64,000 nt of DNA from a virus: positions 23,305 through 87,304 of IMG/VR virus record IMGVR_UViG_3300046727_000675; one strand, written 5' to 3'. Positions 45,508 to 54,848 of this stretch are shown one piece after another; positions within the stretch are counted from its first letter, which is position 1; each line of letters begins with the position of its first letter. The notes beneath the pieces were generated by a model, which had not been told where the DNA came from, made no database searches, and worked only from the letters and a program-made list of their open reading frames with translations. The position numbers and the translations under genes are program-made.

Positions 45508-45933
45508 ATGCCTGAAGACAAGTTAGACCTAAAGACCAGCGGGATCAAGCTCAGCGAGCTCGAGCCGTGCTCGTTCTGCGACGGGCCGCTGGGGACCGTG
45601 TTCCGCATCGTCGAGGTCAAGCACGCGATCGTGAACCTAAAAAACGCAAATCAAACGCTCGCGCTCGCCCAAGGGTTCGGTCTCGGCCTGCAGCTCGCCG
45701 AGGTGATGGGCGCGGGCGGCGACCGCGGGGTCGAGGTGCTCGAGAACGAGGAGGCCGTCACGCGGCTCTTCTGCTGCCAGGATTGCCTATGCGGGATAAA
45801 GAAGGGGCTCAGCCAGCGCCTGGTCCCGACCTGCTCGATCGCCGAGGCCTGCGAGCGCGTGAACGAGCGGCGCGCGAAGAAGAACGAAAAATCCAACGAG
45901 AACGGGGAACACGAGAATGCCCAAGAAGCCTGA
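45508..45933 (+). CDS. Zn-binding hypothetical protein
   Basis: CSFC...CQDC; RBS GGAGGAG. Confidence 0.6.
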   Translation: MPEDKLDLKTSGIKLSELEPCSFCDGPLGTVFRIVEVKHAIVNLKNANQTLALAQGFGLGLQLAEVMGAGGDRGVEVLENEEAVTRLFCCQDCLCGIKKGLSQRLVPTCSIAEACERVNERRAKKNEKSNENGEHENAQEA

Positions 45934-46165
45934 CATCTGCGCCTGCGGCCTGCCGCTCCCGGCGCGCGCCGGCTGGCGCGATACCCACCTGAAGAGCAAG
46001 TGGCACGCCGCCGGTGCCGAGGCGATCGCGCTGCGGTCGCGCGGCGTCAGCTACGCCGAGATCGGCCGGCAGCTGAATTTGACCCGCGCCTACGTCCGGA
46101 ACCGCCTGTCGAGGTGCGGAAAGGCGCGGGCGTCCTGCAATTCCAAGAGGGAGATCGCGGCGTGA
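45917..46165 (+). CDS. Small HTH DNA-binding protein
   Basis: LRSRGVSYAEIGRQLNLTRAYV. Confidence 0.7.
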   Translation: MPKKPDICACGLPLPARAGWRDTHLKSKWHAAGAEAIALRSRGVSYAEIGRQLNLTRAYVRNRLSRCGKARASCNSKREIAA

Positions 46166-47296
46166 TCGAGCTCTTCCTCACGCGCGACAAGAACAACCTT
46201 GCTGTCTGCGAGCTGCGCGACGGGCAGCAGGTGATCGCGAAGGTGTACGCGGCGCCCGACGGCCAGACGATCCGGCTCGCGATGCCGGAGTTCAGGGTGT
46301 TCAGCCAGCTGCGCCTGGAGCCCGATTTACATTTTGTAGACGTATATCGAAAAGTCGAATGGGCCGCGGCGGCGCGCGAGCGGCGCAAGGCCGAGGAGGC
46401 GAGGAAAAAATGAGCATGTCTTGGAAGCGCTGGACGCTGTTGATCCTGTGCGAGGGGGCCCTGGTTGCGATGGTCGTCTACGGGCTGCTTCGCGCGAAGC
46501 CGGGATGCTGACGATGAAGGCCTATGACCGAAAGGGCCGGCGGCGGCCGCAATGGCGGACGCCCCGCGAACCACGGGGCTCCCGCCGCACCGCGCGGAGA
46601 CAGGCTATCCTCTCCGCGGCCGCCGCCGCCCTCCGCCCAGCCGGAAGGAGGGCGCGGTGCTCGAGCTGATTCGCGTCTACCTGGGCTACTGCTTCGAGTG
46701 CCGGACGGCGGCGCTCGTCGGCGAGTACAAGGTTACCGGCTGGCGGCACCACGTGGTGACCTGCGCGCCGTGCCTGCAGGCCAAGGCCGACAAGCTGGGG
46801 CAGGCGATCCCGCCGAAGGAGGACGCGACGTGACGACCGACCTGATGACGATCGACGACGCGCTGCGCGCGACGCGCGGGCAGGACCCGGGCACCGACGC
46901 GTTCAACGTCTGGAACCTCGGCGGCGACGCGCGGCTGGCGCAGGCCGTCGGCCTTTTCCGGTGCGCCGTCTGCGGGCTGTTCGCGCGGCTGTTCGTCCAC
47001 CGCGACGGCGGGACGCGCTGCGTCGAGTGCGACCACGACTATTGCGGGCTCAAGAAGAAGGGATGGAACTGACATGGCGATGACGATCGACGAGGCGAGG
47101 AACCTGGTGTCCGGGCCCGGCACGACCGAGGTCGGCCGGCAGGCCGACGTCTGGGCGGTGGAGCAGGCGGTGCGCGCGCTGAAGGCCGAGGGCCACGCCG
47201 TGCAGATGGACACGACCTACGACGCGGACCAGCGGTTCCACCACGCCACGGTTCACCACCACCGCACCTGCGTGCGGTGCGAGGCGGAGAAGAAGT

Positions 47297-47752
47297 ATGG
47301 CCGCTAAGAACCAGTGCGCCGCTGTCTACGGAGGAACGAGCGCCGCGCGGGGCGGTCGCTGCCGGCTCGAGGCGGGTCACGACGGGCGGCACCAGACCCA
47401 CGGAATTGTCGTGGGCCCGTCGGGGAGCGGCCCCGTCCAGGATGGATCACAAGGTTTTTTCTTCGTTGATTCTGAGCGCTCCGACCTGCGCGACCAGCAC
47501 GTCGAGCGCGAGATTAAAACGGGCGCGCGGCAGGACCCGACGGTCAACCACCCGGCGCACTACGCGCCGGGCGGGAACATGACCTTCGAGGCGATCAACG
47601 TGATCGACGCCTGGGGGCTCGGCTTCGCGCTCGGCAACTGCGTGAAGTACGTCTGCCGCGCGGGGCGCAAGACGCCGTCGGCGCTGACCGACCTGCGCAA
47701 GGCGCTGTGGTACCTGCAGCACGAGATCAAGAGACTGGAGGACGAGACATGA
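47297..47752 (+). CDS. DUF3310 domain protein
   Basis: VNHPAHY...EAI..I...GF.LGN..KY..RAG.K...DLRKALWYL. Confidence 0.88.
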   Translation: MAAKNQCAAVYGGTSAARGGRCRLEAGHDGRHQTHGIVVGPSGSGPVQDGSQGFFFVDSERSDLRDQHVEREIKTGARQDPTVNHPAHYAPGGNMTFEAINVIDAWGLGFALGNCVKYVCRAGRKTPSALTDLRKALWYLQHEIKRLEDET

Positions 47753-48414
47753 GAATCATCGACCCGCGGGTCGACCTGATGGACCCGGAGGACCGCGTCG
47801 CGGGGATCCGGCTGCTGCGCAAGATCGAGGCCTACGCGCGCATCAGCCACAGGAGCGAGGGCCGGCAAGACGAGCAAACCTGGGAGCGGTTCATTAAGGC
47901 CGTGGTCATCGAGCACGGGGACTGGTCGGTCGTCGAGCACGCGTCGGCGTCGGCCGTGTTCCGCGTCTCGCGCGGGGTCACCCACGAGCTGGTGCGGCAC
48001 CGGATGATGTCGTTCACACAGGAGTCCACGCGTTTCGTTAACGGCCGGAAGAGCTACCCGAACGGGCTCGAGTTCATCGATCCGATTGAAGTGAAAGACG
48101 TGCTGGACCTCGAATGGATGCACGCATCTTACGCCGATAATGAGCGCTACTATTTCAATCTTTTGGAGCATGGCGTCCGCCCGCAGGAGGCGCGCGCGGT
48201 CCTGCCGAATGCGCTCGCGGCGACGATCGCCGTCACGGGGAACCTCCGCGCCTGGCGGCACGTGCTGCGCATGCGCACGACGCGCGAGACGCACCCCGAC
48301 TTCAGGCGCGTGATGGCCAGGCTGCTCGCCGACTTCAAGGCGCGCGTACCGATCCTGTACGACGACATCATCCCGAACGGGCCGCAAGCCGACGCGGTGA
48401 GGCTCCCGTGCTGA
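47749..48414 (+). CDS. thyX: FAD-dependent thymidylate synthase
   Basis: SVVEH, SRGVTHELVRHR..SFTQESTR (RHRx7S), EARAVLP and NLRAWRH. Confidence 0.95.
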   Translation: MRIIDPRVDLMDPEDRVAGIRLLRKIEAYARISHRSEGRQDEQTWERFIKAVVIEHGDWSVVEHASASAVFRVSRGVTHELVRHRMMSFTQESTRFVNGRKSYPNGLEFIDPIEVKDVLDLEWMHASYADNERYYFNLLEHGVRPQEARAVLPNALAATIAVTGNLRAWRHVLRMRTTRETHPDFRRVMARLLADFKARVPILYDDIIPNGPQADAVRLPC

Positions 48415-48601
48415 ACAATTTTACCACCCCGCTCGGCTCGTTCCGAACCGCCGTGCTTGACGGCGACCCCGTCACGGTGGCGGTGCTGGTGACCGCGCGA
48501 CGGTGCGCGTGCGGGGCGATGGCGATGATGGTGATCAACAGAATGGGAAAGACGCGGTGCACGTCCTGCGATCGAAGGCTGGTCGAGGAGAGAAAAACGT
48601 C

Positions 48602-48967
48602 ATGAGCCGGTTCATCGTCACGATCGAGAAAAAGGCGCTGCAGACGGCGACCGTGCAAAACATCGTCGATGAGATCAAGGCGAAGCTCGGCAAGAAGGCC
48701 GACGTGGACATGGAGAAGGATCCGACGCCGAACTCCCGCGCCGACCAGCTCGCGCTCATCAAGGCGCGGGTCGAAGAGTGCGCCGGCGACGTGGAGTCGC
48801 TGAAGGACGAGCTGCAGGACTGGAAGGACAACCTCCCGGAGAACCTGCAGGACGGCGACAAGGGCTCGCAGCTCGAAACGGCGATCGACGCGCTCGACGC
48901 CGTGAAGGACTCGATCGAGGAGGCCGCGAACGAGTGCGACTCCGTCGAATTTCCGGGGATGTACTGA
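48602..48967 (+). CDS. Acidic coiled-coil hypothetical protein
   Basis: RBS GAGGAG; DNLPENLQ motif. Confidence 0.65.
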   Translation: MSRFIVTIEKKALQTATVQNIVDEIKAKLGKKADVDMEKDPTPNSRADQLALIKARVEECAGDVESLKDELQDWKDNLPENLQDGDKGSQLETAIDALDAVKDSIEEAANECDSVEFPGMY

Positions 48968-48977
48968 GGAGGATAAG

Positions 48978-49475
48978 ATGGCGGGAAAGTACGCGAAGTA
49001 CCGGGGGAAGCTCGAGGCGTTCGCGCAGGAGCCCGACTTCCAGAAGAAGGTCGACGCCGAGAAGAGGAAGCACGCGAAACGCGACGCGAACGCGCTCGGC
49101 AAGGAGTTCGTCCGGCGCAAGCGCGCGAAGAACTCGCTCAAGCGCAAGGACAGGCAGCTGAACGTCGAGCTCGAGGCGCTATCGCAGCTGCTCGTCGACC
49201 GGCTCGAGGGCGCCGAGATCGAGAGCGTGAAGTTCCGCGGTGGGGTCGGCGTCGGCCTGCAGGACAAGCCGTACCCGTCGGTCGCCGACCGCCGGAAGCT
49301 GTTTGGCTGGATCAAGCAGACGCGCATGACCGGCCTCCTGTCGGTGCACCACCAGACGCTCCTGGGCCTTGTCACCGAGGCGCTCGAGGCCGGAAGGCCT
49401 CTCCCGCCGGGAGTCGACGTGTTCCTGAAGACGAGCGCGAAGGTCACGGGGCTGAAGGACGGGGACGATGACTGA
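48978..49475 (+). CDS. Phage replication-module protein
   Basis: Strong RBS; coiled coil plus QTL...E.G..LPPGV.VF motif, as seen next to phage SSB-like genes. Confidence 0.65.
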   Translation: MAGKYAKYRGKLEAFAQEPDFQKKVDAEKRKHAKRDANALGKEFVRRKRAKNSLKRKDRQLNVELEALSQLLVDRLEGAEIESVKFRGGVGVGLQDKPYPSVADRRKLFGWIKQTRMTGLLSVHHQTLLGLVTEALEAGRPLPPGVDVFLKTSAKVTGLKDGDDD

Positions 49476-49646
49476 TTTGCTCGGCTTCCTGTTGGAGGTC
49501 TCTTCAGGTTGCCGCTGGGGAAAACCCGCTCCGTAAAAAGAGCGACTGAGAACACTTTGCCAAGGTCGCGAGCACGCAGGAGAGGGAACTTAAGAACAGG
49601 GCGCCGGCACGCGCCCACTCCAGACAGGGAGCCGAGCAAATCGGTC
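49470..49646 (+). ncRNA. Candidate structured RNA of about 177 nt with a 28-bp closing stem
   Basis: 49470-49497 pairs with 49618-49646. The only deviations are two G-U pairs and one bulged base. Several internal hairpins. Confidence 0.6.
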
Positions 49647-49712
49647 AAAAATTTTAATCCGGCCCGGGGCGGGCCGCAACCCAGCACCGCACGTGAGAGG
49701 GAGGGACAAGCA

Positions 49713-50039
49713 GTGAAGAAGAAACCAGCGAAGAAGAAGAAAAGCAAAAAGCCGGCCAAGCGAAGTAAAAACAAGACAGGGTTCTCGCGACCGTCACGAT
49801 CGGGCCCCGCGCCGAAGAAAGAGTCGAGGCCTGTGAAAGACCCCGACAATAATCTTCCTCCGCCCGACAACAACCTGCCGGAACCTGGAAGCGAACCGAT
49901 AGCGAAGCAGGACCCGGTCCCGGCCGAGGGCGACGCGCCGCTCGAGGAGGAGGTCTCGAACGACGACCTCGCCGGAGACGGCGAAGCAAATAACGACGCG
50001 CCCGACGAGGGCCCGGACGACGACAAGAACAACGACTAA
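49713..50039 (+). CDS. Disordered protein with Lys-rich N-terminus and Asp/Glu-rich C-terminus
   Basis: RBS GGGAGGG before GTG; KKKPAKKKKSKK... to ...DEGPDDDKNND. Confidence 0.65.
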   Translation: MKKKPAKKKKSKKPAKRSKNKTGFSRPSRSGPAPKKESRPVKDPDNNLPPPDNNLPEPGSEPIAKQDPVPAEGDAPLEEEVSNDDLAGDGEANNDAPDEGPDDDKNND

Positions 50040-50101
50040 CCGACATCCACCCCCAACCCGTCCGCCGCACGTGGACAAACACAAAAGGAGATCGAACAGC
50101 C

Positions 50102-50998
50102 ATGGCGAAAGAAACGAAGAAGGAAACACCGAAGGACAGGAAGCAGGAGGAGCGCGAGCGGGCGCTCGCGCCGCCCCCGCAGGGCCAGGCGCTCGCGCGG
50201 CAGGCGGCCGCCCCGCCGGCGCGCGCGGCGCGGACGGCGGTCGAGCCCGTCGAGGGCTTCGAGAACATGGAGGCCGCGGACCTGGCGAAGCCCAGGCTCG
50301 CGCTCTGCCAGTCGATGACGCCGCAGCGCAAGAAAACCGACGCGAAGTACATCCAGGGCCTCGAGGAGGGGGACTTCTTCAACACGATCACGGGCGAGCG
50401 GTTCGGCCCCGAGGTCACGGTCGTCCCGCTGCTCTTCTACAAGAGCCGGATCCTCTTCCGCGACATCGACGAGGGCGGCGGCATGCTCTGCCAGTCGCAG
50501 GACGCCGTCACCGGCGTCGGCGAGCCGGGCGGCGAGTGCGCGTCGTGCCCGATGGCGCAGTTCGGGGAGAAGGGCGAGGCCCCGCAGTGCACCAACTTCT
50601 TCAACTACCCGGCGCTCGTCGTGCCGGCGAAGGGGCCGGTCGGACCCGAGCACCTCGTGGTGCTGAGCCTGAAGTCGACGGGGCTCAAGGCCGCGAAGGA
50701 CTGGAACTCAAAGATGCGCCTGCGCATGGACAAGCAGACGCGCCGGACGCTCCCGATGTTCCGCGGCCTCTACCGGCTGTCGGCGGTCGAGCAGAAGAAC
50801 TCGGCCGGGCAGCAGTGGCACGGCGTCCGCGTGGAGAACGCGGGCGAGGTGTCCGCCGAGAACGCGGCGATCGCGCGCGACGCGTACGAGTCGGTGCGCG
50901 ACCTGTACCGCAGCGGGCGGCTGCAGGTCGACACGGCGGGGCTCCAGGAGCGCGAGCCCGGCGCCGACGACGCGCCGGCCGGCACGGGTGGAATGTAG
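50102..50998 (+). CDS. Putative ssDNA-binding/annealing protein
   Basis: DL..PRL.L.QS.TPQ...YI.G...GDFFN.ITGE, Cys cluster and acidic tail; in the replication module. Confidence 0.6.
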   Translation: MAKETKKETPKDRKQEERERALAPPPQGQALARQAAAPPARAARTAVEPVEGFENMEAADLAKPRLALCQSMTPQRKKTDAKYIQGLEEGDFFNTITGERFGPEVTVVPLLFYKSRILFRDIDEGGGMLCQSQDAVTGVGEPGGECASCPMAQFGEKGEAPQCTNFFNYPALVVPAKGPVGPEHLVVLSLKSTGLKAAKDWNSKMRLRMDKQTRRTLPMFRGLYRLSAVEQKNSAGQQWHGVRVENAGEVSAENAAIARDAYESVRDLYRSGRLQVDTAGLQEREPGADDAPAGTGGM

Positions 50999-51004
50999 AA
51001 CTGG

Positions 51005-51149
51005 CGAGGCGCGATGAGCTTTTCATCACGCCTCGAATCTCGAGGTCGAACGGCGGAACTTCTGGGAACCGCCGGGCGGAAGCCGCGGGCGAGAAAAAAG
51101 AAGCCCGCGGCGAGGGGACGGGGCCTGCTGAGAGAACCAGCGGGCCCCG
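51005..51149 (+). ncRNA. Four-hairpin structured intergenic element
   Basis: Stems at 51005-51035, 51051-51074, 51082-51111 and 51119-51149. Confidence 0.45.
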
Positions 51150-51175
51150 CGCTCCGGAAAGAAGGAGGAACGACG

Positions 51176-51361
51176 ATGACGAGCGACGAGATCCTGAGGC
51201 AGAAGGGCGAGGAGGAGAAGCGGCTCGCGGCGGCCTCGACGGCCGACGCGCAGGCGCAGGTGCGGCAGAACCTCTACCAGCTCGAGGTCGCCTACCAGCT
51301 CGCGGTCGCGAACGAGCGCGCGGCGAAGGACAGGCCGCTGCGGAAGACGCCCGGTGCGTGA
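51176..51361 (+). CDS. Small helical protein (paralogue of 51844-51996)
   Basis: RBS AAGGAGG; MTSDEI...LEVAYQLA. Confidence 0.65.
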   Translation: MTSDEILRQKGEEEKRLAAASTADAQAQVRQNLYQLEVAYQLAVANERAAKDRPLRKTPGA

Positions 51362-51452
51362 CGCGGAGAAGGCGGATGGGCGGCCGAACCGTCCGCTGGT
51401 CGTACTGGCCGTAATTTTGTTCCTGATCGTTTGTCTGCTGTACGGGTTCTGA
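51354..51452 (+). CDS. 32-aa single-TM peptide (not in ORF track)
   Basis: MRDAEKADGRPNRPLVVLAVILFLIVCLLYGF fills the gap between neighbours. Confidence 0.5.
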   Translation: MRDAEKADGRPNRPLVVLAVILFLIVCLLYGF

Positions 51453-51460
51453 GGGGAGCC

Positions 51461-54120
51461 ATGCTGATCTACAAGGGCAGGGTCGTGCTGATCGCCGATG
51501 GGGCCGACGACTCGCAGGGCGAGCGCTTCACGTCGCTCGACGGAGTCAGGTTCGAGGAGCGCACGATCGTCACGCTGGCCTTCGACCCGCGCCGGACGGT
51601 GGGCTGGGCCGTCCTGTACAAGGACGGGATCAACGTGCGGGCGAACTTCGAGCTGCTGGAAACGATCGACGATTTGACCGTCGCGGGGTCCTATCCGCAG
51701 CTCGTTCCCTGCGTCGGCGGGCGCATCGGCAAGCGGCTCGAGGCGAGGAAGTTCGCGGTCATCGACCAGATCGAGGTCAACGAGATCGGCCTGTGCGACT
51801 CGAACGCGGACGGGCGGATCCCGCCGCTGGGGGAGCCGACGACATGATCAAGGGCGGCATGACGAGCGAGGAGATCAAGAAGGTCGAGCTGCCGATTTGT
51901 CCCCCGCGCGAAGTTTTCGAGCGGGAGAAGCTGTTCTGGCTGCGCGAGATCGCCTTCCAGCTCGCGCGCATCGCGGAGGGGAAGCATGAAAGATAGCGTC
52001 TGTCCGAAGAGCGTCCGCGGCCGGCACAAGTGGCCCGCGGCCACGGCGTATGACCTCGAGGGCCGGCCCTTCAAGGCCTGCGAGCTGTGCGGGAAGCGAA
52101 GGAGGGTGAAGCCGTGACGGGCTACGACTACGCCGATCGGCACGACGGCCGCGCCTGGGCCGTCGTGTTCCGCGCCGCGCGGCACGTCCTCAACGACCAC
52201 GGGTGGGGGCCGGTTCCCGGCCCGTTCGACCGCGCGCGGACGGACGCGGTGTTCTTCCTGGCCGACCTCTCGCGCGCCCTGTGCGCCACGTCCTACGAGG
52301 CGGCGCTGCCGTCGGACTGGCGCGAGATCCGGCCGTCCGCGGAGCACGTGTGGACCTACCCAAAGGGCGCCGACCTGCTCCGCATCCGCCTAGAGACGAG
52401 CCTCAAGGCCGACGCGGCCGAGGCCATTTTGTTCTGTGCGCTCGCGTTCGGTCTCATCATCGGCGGGGCCGCGCTGCACGACGTCATCACACGGAGCTAC
52501 GGCGACTGCGACGCCGCGGACCTGGCGCGCGGCGCCCGCATGTTATTGGCCATGGGACCGGCCATCGCGGCGCTCGCGGCGCTCGCTCTGTGGGGCCCCG
52601 GGCCGAACGGCCACCGCCGCGTCGAGGCGTTCGCCGGCGGGGGCTTCTACTGGGCGCGGCTGTACGGCTGGGGGCTGTACGCGAAGGACGCGCGGCGCCA
52701 CGGCGAGACGTTCACGGAGAGGACGGGCGGCAAGAGAAGGGTCAAGATCGGCCGCTGGTCGATCGGGGGGCTGAAGCCATGAAGACTTTACTACGCGTGT
52801 GCTTGCGCACGCTGCTCGCGGCGGGGATTGTTTCCGGCGCGCTGTGGCTCGGGAACTGGCTCGCGGACAAGGAGGACGCCGCGCGTCTCGCCCACGTCAA
52901 CCTGACCTGGCAGGACTCCGACGGCAAGATGGTCTGCACCGCGCCGCTCGTCGTCGAGCCCGGCAAGGACATCGTCCTGTCGATCGGGCCTGACAGCTGC
53001 GGCCTGAGCTACGTCCCGCACGGTCCGGCGACGGGGCAGACCGTTCAAGTTCCGTTAACGGAGGAGAAAAAGTGATGGCCACCTTCCACAAGTGCGACCG
53101 CTGCCGGGCCGAGATCACGGCGGAGAGGTTCAATCTCGTCTGCGCGCCGGCCGAGGCGAACACGGTCACGCTGGCGTTCGAGGCCGAGCTGTGCGCCGGG
53201 TGCCGCGCGGAGCTCAAGCGGTTCATCGAAGGCAACGCGGTCCCGCAGAGCTACCGGCGCGGGGCGCGTGAGGCCGGCGGCGCCGCGGAGAACCAGGATC
53301 TGCCGCTTCGGGCGTTCGCCCTACCGCGTACCAGCCGGTCGCAAATCATTCGCTTCGTTCTTTCAAACAGCGACGGTCAGCCGATTGAAGTCTCCGTCGC
53401 GCTGACAAATGAACAGGCGGAGGCGCTGTGGCCGTACCTCGACGCACACCGGAGGAACCGAACATGAGAAGACTTCTCACCCCTACCGTCGCCGCGACGG
53501 CATTCATCATCCTGGCCTTCGTCGCGTTCATCGTCATCGTGCCGGATTGGAAGAATCCGCTCGCGCCGAAGCGCGCGATCGCGTTTGGCCATGTGCGGCG
53601 CGTCGACGCGGCGGGGTTCGTGCTCGAGAAGAATGACGTTCTCGGCACGTCCGTCTTCGTCGAGATGACGCGCGCGCCGGTCTGGGTCGGCGAGGACGTC
53701 GAGATAAACTATGTTCCCGACGGCGGCGACCCCCGCGTGGGGCGCGACCCCCGCATCGTCGAGCACTTCGCATACCTGGACGAGGACTGCCGGTGATGAG
53801 CCACCCCTCGGCGATCGGGCTGTGGCCGACGGCCGGCCGCGGGAGGAAGTCCTCCCGCGGCGACTCGGTCCCCGGCGCCGACGAGCACCGCGACGTGGCG
53901 CTGTGCCGCGCGATCCAGCGGCGCCGGCGCATCTCGTCCGACCACGACCACGTGTGCGGGCTCGACCGGGGGCACGGGTCGACGCACCAGTGCAACCGCT
54001 GCCGGCCCGGGAAGCGGCACCGGTGGTGATCGCGGCGCATCACCCGTCCAGCGCCCTGGCGCCCCTGCGCGTTCTGGTCTTGCTGTTGATTGTCTGGCTG
54101 ATTGTAAGGCGGAGGAGATA
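51461..54120 (+). other. Run of small coupled hypothetical ORFs (e.g. 51461-51847, 51844-51996, 52114-52782, 52779-53075, 53072-53467, 53464-53796, 53793-54029)
   Basis: Consecutive ATGA/GTGA overlaps; several carry TM helices or Cys motifs; no recognisable family. Confidence 0.6.
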
Positions 54121-54122
54121 GC

Positions 54123-54704
54123 ATGTACTCGCAGCGCGACGAGGAGAAGGTGATCCTGGGCTACTTCGGAAATTTCGCCGGGCGGTTCCTGGAGGTCGGG
54201 GCCTACGACGGCCTCACGGCGTCGAACACGCTGGCGCTGGTCGAGCGCGGCTGGTCGGGCGTGATGGTCGAGCCCGCGCCCGTCTACTTCATGAAGCTGC
54301 TCGACCGCCACGCGGCGAACCCTCGCCTCGCGCTCGTGAACGCGGCGCTCGGCGCGGCGGACGAGTTCCGCCCGTTCCACTACACGGAGCGCGGCGGGAT
54401 CTCGACCTTCGACGACGCCTGCCGCGACGCGTGGAAGGACGCCTGCGGGGACTACCGCGACTACCTGGTCCCGGTCGTCGCGGCCGCGCGCTTCTTCGCG
54501 GCGTTCCCGGGGCCGTACGACTTCGTCTCGGTCGACGCCGAGGGCCTCGACCTGGAGATCGTCCGGGCGCTGCCGCTCGCCGGCGTGCGCCTGGCCTGCG
54601 TCGAGACGGGGCGCGACGAGCCGGCGATCGCGGCGCTTCTGGCCGCGGCCGGGCTCCGGAAGATCCACCAGACAGCGGAGAACGGGCTCTTCGCGCGAGA
54701 TTAA
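54123..54704 (+). CDS. FkbM family methyltransferase
   Basis: MYSQ..E, FLEVGAYDG...SNT, GWSGVMVEP, VSVDAEGLD and CVE. Confidence 0.88.
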   Translation: MYSQRDEEKVILGYFGNFAGRFLEVGAYDGLTASNTLALVERGWSGVMVEPAPVYFMKLLDRHAANPRLALVNAALGAADEFRPFHYTERGGISTFDDACRDAWKDACGDYRDYLVPVVAAARFFAAFPGPYDFVSVDAEGLDLEIVRALPLAGVRLACVETGRDEPAIAALLAAAGLRKIHQTAENGLFARD

Positions 54705-54710
54705 AAGTTT

Positions 54711-54827
54711 CCGGGTTCGAAGCCCGGCCGTGCGGGGGGAGCACGGGAGACCGGCCGGTAGCCGGCGCGGGGGTTTGAGTCCCCCATCTCTCACGGCGGC
54801 GAAGTGATTGCACGCCCTCCGCCGCCG
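54711..54827 (+). ncRNA. tRNA-like structured RNA with two T-arm-like hairpins
   Basis: CCGGG-TTCGAAG-CCCGG and GGGGG-TTTGAGT-CCCCC, plus three more hairpins. No canonical D-arm or CCA. Confidence 0.5.
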
Positions 54828-54848
54828 AGTTCTAAGAAGGAGAAGCTG

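Noticed and set aside
49517-49555. Hammerhead ribozyme or known riboswitch (GAAA, CTGAGA, glycine-like words)
   Set aside because: Core motifs are not in the required order or stem context.
51461-51847. Prohead protease-like protein
   Set aside because: Only a faint resemblance, wrong genomic context, and catalytic residues not identifiable.
54727-54797. Canonical tRNA-Thr(GGT)
   Set aside because: No proper D-arm, no U33, imperfect acceptor stem and no CCA. Kept only as tRNA-like.
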